This document shows, one piece after another, positions 1-8,949 of a stretch of 27,005 nt of DNA (positions are counted from its first letter, which is position 1; each line of letters begins with the position of its first letter). Both the position numbers and the translations under genes were made by a program. Origin of the DNA: a virus. Its lineage: Duplodnaviria; Caudoviricetes. The stretch is from the IMG/VR virus record IMGVR_UViG_3300037484_000265, positions 1-27,005 of that record; one strand, written 5' to 3'. The notes beneath the pieces were generated by a model that was given only the letters and a program-made list of their open reading frames with translations, was not told the origin of the DNA and ran no database searches.

Positions 1-1
1 G

Positions 2-301
2 ATCGAGAACCTAAAGGATTCCCGGTTCATGGTTATCATCGAGAATAACTACAATAAGAACGTTCCCCCGGTGGCTGCCGGGAGGACTGTCTTTGAAGTT
101 CTCGGCTGGGACTTCGGCCTCGAGCTGAACGCTGCTGAACGTGACACGAACTCGGAAGAAACGCTTGGCGGGTGGCTGCTGACTGCCGGTTCTCATGATG
201 TCCTGAAGGAATCTACCGTTCCGCTTTCGTTCTTCGTTGGTGGTACTATAGCAACTACGAGGGCTGCACTTGCCTCCATGCTCGCTCCCTGCTGTGAATA
301 A
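2..301 (+). CDS. Structural protein, probable major tail (tube) protein, 5'-truncated
   Basis: Frame open from base 2 (IENLKDSRFMVIIENN...FEVLGWDFGLEL...GGWLLT). Resembles Bacteroidota phage tail-tube C-termini as recalled. Followed by a terminator, typical of a high-copy structural gene. Confidence 0.5.
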   Translation: MENLKDSRFMVIIENNYNKNVPPVAAGRTVFEVLGWDFGLELNAAERDTNSEETLGGWLLTAGSHDVLKESTVPLSFFVGGTIATTRAALASMLAPCCE

Positions 302-304
302 ATA

Positions 305-333
305 GGTGCGGATTAATTTCCGCACTCTTTTTT
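305..333 (+). terminator. Intrinsic terminator
   Basis: GTGCGGA(306-312)-TTAATT-TCCGCAC(319-325) perfect 7-bp stem followed by TCTTTTTT. Confidence 0.8.
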
Positions 334-873
334 ATGACAGCAGCGCAAGAGGTTATAAGGTTTGCAAGTGAATATATTAACGTAAAATCATCCCGTTCAC
401 TCAGGCGTAAACAGAAAATCTCGGAGGCTTATGAAAGATTGACGGGTAAAAAAATAGTAATATCTTGTAATACTTGCTATATAGAAGCTATCTTTACAAT
501 ATTAAATCTAAGTAAAATGACACAAGGCGGTTATGAACTCAAACGTGGTTATGTAGCTCAGTTTCAGGACGCTTACAAGGGCGTCAAGTCATTCACCAAT
601 GACAAGATGACCGATGAACTGGCCGAGGAATACCTTAGAAGGTATCCCGAAAGAGCGGTTTACTTTGCAAGGATGCCCCAGCCAAAGAAGCCCTTTATCC
701 CTTCGAACGTGAAGATAGTAAAGCCTGAAGAAAAGGCTCCTGAAGTGGTGGCTCCCAGCGTTCCTGATCCGGTAAGATTAGCGGATGCGCTGACTAAACC
801 AACTGAAATACTGGTCCCCCCGAAACCCAGGCGTTCACATCACGGGAAATCAAAATCTAAATCCAAATCGTAA
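334..873 (+). CDS. Hypothetical phage protein (CxxC motif, Pro/Lys-rich C-terminus)
   Basis: 179 aa ORF with SCNTC motif. Stop overlaps the portal start (TAATG). Confidence 0.75.
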   Translation: MTAAQEVIRFASEYINVKSSRSLRRKQKISEAYERLTGKKIVISCNTCYIEAIFTILNLSKMTQGGYELKRGYVAQFQDAYKGVKSFTNDKMTDELAEEYLRRYPERAVYFARMPQPKKPFIPSNVKIVKPEEKAPEVVAPSVPDPVRLADALTKPTEILVPPKPRRSHHGKSKSKSKS

Positions 874-2048
874 TGAGGGTATCCGCTACAAAAACGGCAC
901 AACGGGTTGAGCGGAATATATACATTACTTCAAAAAAAATAAAGGGGTACGGCACAAACAATGATTACCCTCAGAAAGTCTTGGAGATTGTAAACTCTTC
1001 CGGTACGGGTAAAACCTGTATGGATATTTACATTGACTTTGTTGATGGGGCCGGATTCACCGATCAAGTACTGGCAGAAACCGTACTTAACTCCAAAAAT
1101 GAACGGGCAAATTCCCTGCTTAGTAAATTCGCAAAAGACTATAAAGACTTCAACGGCTTTGCCTGCCTGGTAAAATATGACGGGCTGGGATTGCCTTCGG
1201 AATATTTCAACGTACCATTTGAACATTGCCGTCTCGAAATTACTTCGATGGGAGAATACACCGGGAAAGTCGCCGTTCATCCTGACTGGACAAATATAAC
1301 AGGACGGAGGTTCAAACAGGATGACGTGAAGTTCTTTCATAAGTTCGATCCGGCGAAGGTTATCAACGAGATGATCGAAGCCGGGGGACCGGAAAACTAT
1401 CTCGGTCAGATCCTTTATTTCACGGCTGATGGCGACTGGGAATATCCGATATGTCCCTTTGATCCGATAATTACCGATATGCTCACCGAGGAAAGCGTAT
1501 CAACGGTAAAGCATCGTAACGCAAAGTTCAACTTTCTGCCTTCGGGTATACTGGTGCGTAAAGGAATAAAACCAAGTCTCCTTAACAGTGGTGTTCGTGA
1601 TCCGAATGACCCTTATAATCAGGAACAATTACAGAGTGCTGAGAATATAAAAAAGATGCAGGGCGATGAAAATACTGCAAAGATATGGATTATTGACGTT
1701 GATGCCGATGAAGAAAAGCCCGAATGGATTCCGTTTTCAGCGAATAATTATGACCGGCAACATGAGTTAACAGAGAAAACCGTTCAGGAAAACATTGGCC
1801 GGATGTTCAAAATACCTCCGATCTTACGGGGTGTTGATGTTGGTGCGGGGTTCGGAAGTTTACTGGTACGACAAGCGTATAATTTTATGAATTCAGTTGT
1901 CGGAGGCGACAGGCGAAAACTGGAAACTGCTTTTATGAATCTATTGGAATTCTATATCATAAAGTTTACGGATTTCACTATAAAGCCACTTGAATATATT
2001 TTTCAGGATGAACCACAAGGAACAGAAATTAACCCACCTGAAGCATGA
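873..2048 (+). CDS. Portal protein
   Basis: 391 aa. YGTNNDYPQ N-terminal motif, NAKFNFLPSGIL and IGRMFKIPPILRG segments typical of Bacteroidota phage portals. Confidence 0.8.
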   Translation: MRVSATKTAQRVERNIYITSKKIKGYGTNNDYPQKVLEIVNSSGTGKTCMDIYIDFVDGAGFTDQVLAETVLNSKNERANSLLSKFAKDYKDFNGFACLVKYDGLGLPSEYFNVPFEHCRLEITSMGEYTGKVAVHPDWTNITGRRFKQDDVKFFHKFDPAKVINEMIEAGGPENYLGQILYFTADGDWEYPICPFDPIITDMLTEESVSTVKHRNAKFNFLPSGILVRKGIKPSLLNSGVRDPNDPYNQEQLQSAENIKKMQGDENTAKIWIIDVDADEEKPEWIPFSANNYDRQHELTEKTVQENIGRMFKIPPILRGVDVGAGFGSLLVRQAYNFMNSVVGGDRRKLETAFMNLLEFYIIKFTDFTIKPLEYIFQDEPQGTEINPPEA

Positions 2049-2590
2049 CGTCACTTGTTTTAAAATCGGATTTGGATGAACTGAAGTACATCGCTGATTC
2101 TGTAAAGAACACAACGATTTGGCCTCAGTTTGTTTCCGAGGCAGAGATGCTGGATGTTAAGTCATGGCTTGGCGATCCTTTACTTTATGAACTACTGACT
2201 CAGGCCGGAACTACACCGGAGACATTCTCAGTGCCAAATCAGAAACTTCTTAACGGCGGGTCATATACTTACCTGTCGAAAACCTATCTGTTTCAGGGAT
2301 TAAAGAAGTGTATCATCTATTACGCCTTCGCACGTTTTACAAACCGGTCACCGTTTAATTATACGGCGGCAGGGATCGTGACAAAGGATACTGACTTTTC
2401 GACTCCGGCCTCAGACAAGGTTATTCAGAGATTGGAGACCGAAGCAAGATTAACGGCAGATGCTTTAAAGTGTGAAATAATAGCGTTTCTTAACAGGAAT
2501 TATACTCTTTACCCGCTATGGACGGCAACGGGTTACGGGTGTGCGACTTCGTGTAATGACAATAGGCCCTTCACGGTGGTGGGGGATTAA
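2045..2590 (+). CDS. Head-tail connector/adaptor protein (DUF6712-like)
   Basis: Directly follows portal with ATGA overlap. EAEMLDVKSWLGDPLLYEL and GLKKCIIYYAFARF motifs. Confidence 0.6.
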   Translation: MTSLVLKSDLDELKYIADSVKNTTIWPQFVSEAEMLDVKSWLGDPLLYELLTQAGTTPETFSVPNQKLLNGGSYTYLSKTYLFQGLKKCIIYYAFARFTNRSPFNYTAAGIVTKDTDFSTPASDKVIQRLETEARLTADALKCEIIAFLNRNYTLYPLWTATGYGCATSCNDNRPFTVVGD

Positions 2591-2607
2591 TATAAAATAA
2601 CAATAAA

Positions 2608-2877
2608 ATGAGCAGACCAGTACCAACAATAGGAATGAGCAACATTTACCGGTCAGTTCCGGTAGATGTTTCGGCTAATGACTTTACGGATGAAAACGGT
2701 TTTTTTATCCGAAGTGCAGCCGGGGATATTTGTTACTGTCCGATGGGTAACGAGGATTCGGAGCCTATAACAAAAACAGTTGAGGCTAAAGTATATTTCG
2801 AAGACCCTGAGATGTGCAGGAAAATCTTCTCAGCCGGAACAACTGCAACAGGTATCTATGTAGGATACGGAGTATGA
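2608..2877 (+). CDS. Small beta-rich structural protein, putative head spike base
   Basis: 89 aa with alternating beta pattern, ending RKIFSAGTTATGIY, reminiscent of RcGTA Rcc01079-type spike-base proteins. Confidence 0.5.
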   Translation: MSRPVPTIGMSNIYRSVPVDVSANDFTDENGFFIRSAAGDICYCPMGNEDSEPITKTVEAKVYFEDPEMCRKIFSAGTTATGIYVGYGV

Positions 2878-3218
2878 CCACAGTCTATAACATAGAATAT
2901 TTTAAAGAAGATTGGGTTTTCACCAAAGGAGACACCATTAACTTTTTTCGTGGCATCCTGAAAAACGGTGTCGCTTATGATCTTACCGGGCTTCAGATAG
3001 ATATTCATGTTAAGCGTCCTGATGGTCACGTGATAAAGAAATTCAGCACGACCGGGGGCGCGCCTGAGATAACTGTCGCTATTAATGTGCTCAGACTTTA
3101 CTGTGACGGGTTCACTGAATCAGGATACTTTGACGGGGATGTTCAGGTAACGGACGGTACGGATGTTTTTACTATCGGTTACGTAAAGTTTGTAGTCAAT
3201 AAAGAAGTTACGGCGTGA
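2874..3218 (+). CDS. Ig-like structural adaptor (BppU N-terminal-like)
   Basis: Start re-called at ATG 2874 (ATGA overlap with upstream stop). KGDT...YDLTG...GYFDGDVQVT...TIGYVKFVVNKEVT pattern. Confidence 0.55.
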   Translation: MTTVYNIEYFKEDWVFTKGDTINFFRGILKNGVAYDLTGLQIDIHVKRPDGHVIKKFSTTGGAPEITVAINVLRLYCDGFTESGYFDGDVQVTDGTDVFTIGYVKFVVNKEVTA

Positions 3219-3778
3219 AGTTTACTACTGAAGATATTAACCCCAGTGTTTTCACCTGTGAGGAAAATTCCCCGGCTAAATTTACTTCCGAGTTTAACGC
3301 CGGTTATGAAGAAGTAAAAATAGGTTCTCAGGTCTGGATGCTCAGGAATTGGCACGTTGGCGGCTGGGTTCCTTCCGAGACTCACCGGGATATTTATGGA
3401 TCGTTTTATTCTCATGCTCAGGCAAAAGCTCTTTACGTACCCGGCTATCATCTTCCGTTAAATGCGGACTGGAACACGCTTATTAATTATCTTGGTGGGA
3501 CCGACTTTGCCGGAGAACACTTAAAAGAAGCGGGGCTGGCTCACTGGCTCACTCCTAACTTTGCTGATAATTCAAGCGGGTTCACGGCACTTGGATCAGG
3601 AACAGCGAATAATAACAACAGGTTTAATTTTAATTCAAGTTCAAGTTTCTGGTCAGCGGATGAGATTGCCCCCGGATGGCCGTATTACGTTCATCTGAAT
3701 CATGGTTTAGTAACTGCTGACTTATTATTTACGGCAGCAGGACTTCATCAGTTTTGTGTTCGATTAATAAAAGATTGA
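3215..3778 (+). CDS. FISUMP (Fibrobacter succinogenes major paralogous) domain protein, C-type-lectin-like fold
   Basis: VKIGSQVWM..N, YG.FY, GYHLP..DW.TL..YLGG, AG.HLKE.G..HW, NSSGFTAL, FWS, VRLIKD. GTG start overlaps the upstream TGA. Confidence 0.85.
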   Translation: MKFTTEDINPSVFTCEENSPAKFTSEFNAGYEEVKIGSQVWMLRNWHVGGWVPSETHRDIYGSFYSHAQAKALYVPGYHLPLNADWNTLINYLGGTDFAGEHLKEAGLAHWLTPNFADNSSGFTALGSGTANNNNRFNFNSSSSFWSADEIAPGWPYYVHLNHGLVTADLLFTAAGLHQFCVRLIKD

Positions 3779-3779
3779 C

Positions 3780-5111
3780 ATGGCATTAAGAATTGGCATA
3801 GGAAAAAATTTAAGGATACAGCCAAGCGGTGTTTCGTGGAGTACGGACTGTACACCACTATCAATAGATGTAACCCAAATAACCGGAGGCAATAGAATTA
3901 CATGGACTGATAATCCTAGTTGTACCGATGAGGACGGCTATGAGGTTTGGGTAAGCATTGACGGCGGTGCTTATGCTTTACTTGATACCGTTGCTGCCGG
4001 AGTAGGAACTTATGATGATAATACTGACTATGCCGGATCACAAGTCACTTACAAGGTAAGAGCATACAAAGGAACTTCTTATTCTGCTTTCACCGATGAA
4101 TCTGAAATAGTTATTGAACCGAATATAGAAAACCTTGCTGTTGTATGGTTAGAGGATCATGCTGTTATCACATTTGACGGTGTTGCAGGGTGGGAAACAG
4201 AACTTTATTCTTCTTTAGATGATATTACTTATTCTCTTGTAACGACTATTGCTGATGGAACTGAAACATATACGGATCATACATGGCAGGGAACAACGGT
4301 ATATTTTAAGGCAAGAGCAAAACAGGGCGTGGAGTTTGGTGATTATTGCGCTTCGATAAATATTGCAACTCCGCTTGTTTTTAAATGGGACAATAATCCT
4401 TACACAGCATTTTCAATTGGAGCTTTTGGATTACCTGCCAATAAAACGGTTACTATTTATTGGGGATGGGGCACACCTGAAAATCATGATGATATAACAT
4501 TAAATAATCAGGTTACTCTTGCTGCAAATGCAACCGCAAGTGATCCGCTATATATAAAACTATATGGCGATTTGAATAGCATCACAACATTCAATATTGC
4601 TTCAAGCGTAAAAAGATATGGTAATTTAAGTAAGTGGGTTATTCCTACGGGAGTAACAACTTTCTACCTGTTTGGGTGCGCCTTCACAGGAGATATATCA
4701 GGTTGGACTATTCCTCCCGCGTTAGTTGATTTCAGGATTTATGCCAATGCTTTTACCGGAGACTTATCATCATGGTCACTGCCGGTAACAAATACAATAG
4801 TTTGGCTAACGGAAACAAATGCCACTAATGAGTTTACCGGATGTCCGAGGGGTTCATTAAAACAAGTTGAAGCATCAGTGGGCGGTTATCGTTTGTTTCA
4901 TGCAGCCGTCCCGACTGCCGGAGTTGATGCTTTCCTGGCTTATGCAAATACTTATTTTGCAACCAATACACCTATTAAAAACAGCATTTTTGTTTTATCT
5001 GGAACTGGAATGGGTACGCCCACGGGAGGTAATAGCAATACGGATTTAGTGGGAATAAAGGCAAAATATGTGGCAGCAGGATTTACAGCAACAATTTATA
5101 ATAATACATGA
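3780..5111 (+). CDS. Fibre/receptor-binding protein with two FN3-like domains and short LRR-like repeats
   Basis: ITWTD...YEVW.S.DGG.Y...TYDD...YKVRA (FN3) and a second such domain, then GNLSKW/FTGDISGW/FTGDLSSW repeats. Confidence 0.65.
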   Translation: MALRIGIGKNLRIQPSGVSWSTDCTPLSIDVTQITGGNRITWTDNPSCTDEDGYEVWVSIDGGAYALLDTVAAGVGTYDDNTDYAGSQVTYKVRAYKGTSYSAFTDESEIVIEPNIENLAVVWLEDHAVITFDGVAGWETELYSSLDDITYSLVTTIADGTETYTDHTWQGTTVYFKARAKQGVEFGDYCASINIATPLVFKWDNNPYTAFSIGAFGLPANKTVTIYWGWGTPENHDDITLNNQVTLAANATASDPLYIKLYGDLNSITTFNIASSVKRYGNLSKWVIPTGVTTFYLFGCAFTGDISGWTIPPALVDFRIYANAFTGDLSSWSLPVTNTIVWLTETNATNEFTGCPRGSLKQVEASVGGYRLFHAAVPTAGVDAFLAYANTYFATNTPIKNSIFVLSGTGMGTPTGGNSNTDLVGIKAKYVAAGFTATIYNNT

Positions 5112-6451
5112 TAGCACCCTCAAATATACAGACTACAGCGATTGCGGGAGGTGTAAGAATTACGTGGGATGACAACTCTTCGGATGAACATGGTTTTGAG
5201 GTGTGGCGTTCTGATAATGGCGGTGCTTATGCTCTTATAACAACAACTGATATAGGTATCGAAACGTATGATGATACAGTGGGGGTGGGAACGTATAAAT
5301 ATAAGGTCAGGGCTAAGAGTGGGGAAACGCTTTCAAATTATGCAACAAAAGATGCACCCGCACCACTTGAGTTTGTCTTTACTTCAACAGGAGATGGATC
5401 AGGACTTGGTGTTTTCAATGTTGAGGTTTCCGAGAACACTGTTGCAACAATTGATGGCACGGGGAAATTCTATACTGATCTCGCCGGAACGGAAGGGGAA
5501 AGTTCAACATGGAATATTACAACAACGGGAAGCGGCTTTGCAGAACTCTTAAACAGGATTTACATTAAAGTACCTTCCGGGACTGCTACTCTGAGAATTA
5601 AAAATGTAGTAACAAAATGGGGAAGAGAGATAGGCGGGGGTGACTTATTAAACGACGGATGGGACACATCTATGGTCGATCCTGTTGCTGCCGCAAATTG
5701 TCCATCGGTAAGCATTGATGTTGCTACAATGACTTACAATACCTCTATCAATGTCTTTGGATTGAATACAACTTATGGTGACCTGACGGGCAACTCTATA
5801 ATAACATATATGGAGATTGCCGATGGTACGCCGAACCACACCACTCCCGGACATGGAGGCTCAACCATTGGAGGTGATATTTCTTTGATGCCGCTCACCA
5901 GTTTCGATTGTTGGGATGACACACATTTTACCGGAACATGTGCGTCTGCCACTATGAGTGTTATTTGGTGCAATGGACTTAATGAAGTGACTTTTAATGT
6001 TTCTGCAATGCCATCGCTAGGGACTATTATTATACTGGCAGAATGTTCTTGTACTGCTATTGGTGATATTTCTATATGTTCTGATCTGGCTTTTGCACAA
6101 ATATTAAGGCCGAATACACTTACTGGCTCAATTGCAGGATTAACTAGTTTATCTTATTATTTGGTAATATCAGGAAATATTACTGTTCCTAATGTAACTA
6201 ACCTTACTGATTTAAGTTATTTCAGTGGTAATCAGGTTTTAACGTCTGCTAATGTAAATCAAATACTTGCTGATATTTGGGCTAATAGAGATGCGGCAAA
6301 GACATATACATTCAGGTATTTCAAACTCAATGTAGAGGGATCAGGCGCGCCAACAGGACAGGGAATAACGGATTTAGCAAACTTAAGAGCATATAGAAGT
6401 CCTAATGATGATCCCACTAAGGATTTATGGACAATAGATACTATAGTGTGA
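5108..6451 (+). CDS. Second fibre/receptor-binding protein (FN3 plus LRR-like repeats), paralog of upstream gene
   Basis: APSN...ITWDDNS.DE.GFEVWRS...YKYKVRA, GDLT/GDIS/GSIA repeats, C-terminal SANVNQILAD...GAPTGQG. Confidence 0.65.
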   Translation: MIAPSNIQTTAIAGGVRITWDDNSSDEHGFEVWRSDNGGAYALITTTDIGIETYDDTVGVGTYKYKVRAKSGETLSNYATKDAPAPLEFVFTSTGDGSGLGVFNVEVSENTVATIDGTGKFYTDLAGTEGESSTWNITTTGSGFAELLNRIYIKVPSGTATLRIKNVVTKWGREIGGGDLLNDGWDTSMVDPVAAANCPSVSIDVATMTYNTSINVFGLNTTYGDLTGNSIITYMEIADGTPNHTTPGHGGSTIGGDISLMPLTSFDCWDDTHFTGTCASATMSVIWCNGLNEVTFNVSAMPSLGTIIILAECSCTAIGDISICSDLAFAQILRPNTLTGSIAGLTSLSYYLVISGNITVPNVTNLTDLSYFSGNQVLTSANVNQILADIWANRDAAKTYTFRYFKLNVEGSGAPTGQGITDLANLRAYRSPNDDPTKDLWTIDTIV

Positions 6452-6475
6452 TGTTGGTAGTAGACTTAACAAAGA

Positions 6476-6934
6476 ATGAAGACAGCATTATCAATATTAC
6501 TTTTGACTTTAACACTGAATCTTTCGGCTCAGAAGAATGAACCGTTAAAAGTTATTGGAGTCTACACTGCTGCTATTGTTCTCAATGCTGTAGGTGACGG
6601 GTTGAATGATGAAGGAACAAAAGGGTGGGGTCATGCCTGTAATGCCGCTTCGATAGGATTACTTCTTAGTTCACCGTTTATCATTAATTACGATAGAAAA
6701 AAGTGGTACTGGTATTTGGCGAGCTACACAAGTTTAAGAATAGGTTTATTTGATTACACTTATAATACAACAAGAGGATTGCCGCTTAATTATATCGGTG
6801 GAACAAGTACGTGGGATCAGGTATTGGGAAAACTTAACCCGCCAAGTACTTATTTATTGAGAGGTGTATTTTTTACCGTTGGTATTTCGATACCAATTCA
6901 TGAATTCAGAAAACCTTTAAATGAGAATAATTAA
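6476..6934 (+). CDS. Hypothetical membrane/exported protein
   Basis: Signal-peptide-like N-terminus (LSA-Q) and several hydrophobic segments. Confidence 0.7.
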   Translation: MKTALSILLLTLTLNLSAQKNEPLKVIGVYTAAIVLNAVGDGLNDEGTKGWGHACNAASIGLLLSSPFIINYDRKKWYWYLASYTSLRIGLFDYTYNTTRGLPLNYIGGTSTWDQVLGKLNPPSTYLLRGVFFTVGISIPIHEFRKPLNENN

Positions 6935-7364
6935 GAAATACAGATTTTTACTAATTGGAATAATCGTACTTATTCTCTTTTTGGGTGTAGTAGCAACTGC
7001 TTTTTCACTGCATCCACAGTCTGAATCACAATGGACTGTTCAGACGTTAAAAGAATACATGGATCAGAGGTTCGATTTAATGCAGGTAGCAGTAGACAAA
7101 GCTGAGGTATTCGCTAAAGAGAAATTTGAGAATACGAATGAATGGCGAACTACATTTGAAAACCTGGGGAGAACATACATTCCACGTGCAGAATATGAAT
7201 CTGCTCATACCGGGATACACACCGAAGTATCCGAGCTTAAAGAACGACTTGACAGGATTCAGAACATGAAGCAGGGAGGCAATGTTGTTTGGGCTTACGT
7301 ACTTGCGGGTGTATCATTAATAGTTGGTGTATTTTCAATAAAGGATAAGATTGTTAAAAAGTGA
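6921..7364 (+). CDS. Membrane protein with coiled coil between N- and C-terminal TM helices (lysis region)
   Basis: Two hydrophobic helices flank a heptad-rich segment. Confidence 0.65.
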   Translation: MRIIKKYRFLLIGIIVLILFLGVVATAFSLHPQSESQWTVQTLKEYMDQRFDLMQVAVDKAEVFAKEKFENTNEWRTTFENLGRTYIPRAEYESAHTGIHTEVSELKERLDRIQNMKQGGNVVWAYVLAGVSLIVGVFSIKDKIVKK

Positions 7365-7411
7365 AATAGTTTTGATTAAACATAAGAGTTATTAATTTAA
7401 AATTTGTTATT

Positions 7412-7828
7412 ATGAAAAAAATCAAATGGATCTTTCTTGCAGGACTTTTTTTCTTAGCCACCTTTATCGCTTTTGGACAGGAGCCAACGGAGCCACCGGC
7501 TGACTGGGGGGATATCATTATGAACCCTGCTAAGTGGTTCGCCGGGTTCGGGGCTATTTCCTTCCTGACGGCCTTCCTCGCAACCTTCGTGATAGGATTA
7601 CTCAAGATCACAAAGAACTTTTCCAAACAGCTTATTGCCTGGCTTGTGGCTGTAGTTCTTTTAATAGGATCAAACCTGATGAATTTCGGTTATGCGGCCA
7701 GCTTTCCAATCTTACTAACAGTCATACACGGCTTAGGTGCGGGACTTGCGGCAAACGGGGTGTTTGATATTCCACTATTAAAAGGACTTCTGGACGGTAT
7801 TGAGAAATTACTTAATGAGGACTCATGA
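7412..7828 (+). CDS. Putative holin
   Basis: 138 aa with 3-4 hydrophobic helices and GLAANGVFD motif. ATGA-coupled to the lysin. Confidence 0.6.
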   Translation: MKKIKWIFLAGLFFLATFIAFGQEPTEPPADWGDIIMNPAKWFAGFGAISFLTAFLATFVIGLLKITKNFSKQLIAWLVAVVLLIGSNLMNFGYAASFPILLTVIHGLGAGLAANGVFDIPLLKGLLDGIEKLLNEDS

Positions 7829-8238
7829 AATGGGTTCTCTCAAGACGGTACAGGCAGTTCCAGACAATGGGCTGCCTATACGTTTTTAATGAAGATCATT
7901 CGTTTTTTAACTGCCGGACACTTGAACTGCCGTGGTTGAATAATAAACCTAACGTAAGCTGTTACCCCGGTGAAGCGGTTTATGATGTAGAAAAATATAA
8001 AAGACCAAATGGCAGGTGGGCGTTTTGGGTTAAGAACGTACCGGGTCGTTCCGGGATATTATTCCATCCCGGCAATTATGCTTCAATTTACAAGACCGAT
8101 TCCGAAGGCTGTACCCTTCCCGGAATGGCTTATGATGACCTGAACCGGGACGGTTATATAGATATTCTGGAAAGCCAGGATGCCATGAACAGGCTTTTAT
8201 ATTTAATGCCGGATAAGTTCAAATTGTATGTGCTTTGA
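7825..8238 (+). CDS. Endolysin, DUF5675 family
   Basis: CRTLELPW..N....SC.P, NVPGRSGILFHPGN, DSEGC.LPG signature. Confidence 0.8.
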   Translation: MKWVLSRRYRQFQTMGCLYVFNEDHSFFNCRTLELPWLNNKPNVSCYPGEAVYDVEKYKRPNGRWAFWVKNVPGRSGILFHPGNYASIYKTDSEGCTLPGMAYDDLNRDGYIDILESQDAMNRLLYLMPDKFKLYVL

Positions 8239-8822
8239 AAAAAGTAAGCATTTATATTACCCTGGTTGCAATACTTATCATTCTCATATCGGTTTTTCTT
8301 TGGGGCTTCAGGACTTATCCGAAAGTTCACCCGCCCCCGGTCGCTTCTATTGACACATTTTACGTTCATGATACTGTCGTTCACCGTATTCCATACCCGG
8401 TCACTATCCGGGATTCAATCAGGTACAGGGATCAGGCATGGATCGACTCTATTGTTCAGGCCAACCAGGTAGATACCTCTGCCTTACTTGCTGATTATTA
8501 CGCTTTGCATTATTATACCCGGCACTGGGGGGATTCTCTTATCAGCGTTACTTTAAAAGATGTTGTCAGCGGAAACCGGTTTATTGATTCGGCTCTGACC
8601 TATCAAATACTCCGACCTCAACAGGTTATTAACAGTGTTATTAACAATTATACTTACTCACGATATCTTTACGCCGGTGCCGATATTCCGGTGGATAAAA
8701 TACGAAATGCCGAATATGGCCTTTTTTATGCCTCTAGACGAACTTTCGTTGGCGGGGCTTACTCACCCCTTACCGGAACCTTTTCGTTTAAATGCGGCCT
8801 AAAGCTGTTAGAATGGCACTAG
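8235..8822 (+). CDS. Membrane-anchored lysis accessory protein (spanin-like)
   Basis: N-terminal TM, DTFYVHDTV repeat-like segment, C-terminal amphipathic beta strands. Follows the lysin; TTG start. Confidence 0.5.
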   Translation: MKKVSIYITLVAILIILISVFLWGFRTYPKVHPPPVASIDTFYVHDTVVHRIPYPVTIRDSIRYRDQAWIDSIVQANQVDTSALLADYYALHYYTRHWGDSLISVTLKDVVSGNRFIDSALTYQILRPQQVINSVINNYTYSRYLYAGADIPVDKIRNAEYGLFYASRRTFVGGAYSPLTGTFSFKCGLKLLEWH

Positions 8823-8842
8823 GTTTTATTACCTTCATTTAG

Positions 8843-8880
8843 TTCACGAAGTCGGCGGGCTTCATCCGTGAATGTTTTAT
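8843..8880 (+). terminator. Possible terminator between convergent operons
   Basis: TTCAC/GTGAA outer and GAAGTC/GGCTTC inner stems with a bulge, followed by TGTTTTAT. Confidence 0.35.
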
Positions 8881-8949
8881 GATAGTAGTTACGATGCTTA
8901 TTCCCCTTTTGAATAGTCAATATCAAAAGAAGTAATACTGCAATCCCTA

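Noticed and set aside
930-1340. Antisense and short alternate-frame ORFs in the track (e.g. 11..325, 930..1340, 12335..12679, 13345..13674, 26386..26631)
   Set aside because: They lie over well-supported genes and show no recognisable motifs, unlike 12975..13655.
2814-2873. Upstream start of ORF 2814..3218
   Set aside because: It overlaps the previous gene, and the ATGA-coupled start at 2874 is more plausible.
3590-3790. Complete diversity-generating retroelement
   Set aside because: No reverse transcriptase, Avd-like gene or template repeat found by eye in the window.
7365-7411. Promoter upstream of the holin candidate
   Set aside because: TAAAATTTG has the wrong spacing for TAnnTTTG, and the region is simply AT-rich.
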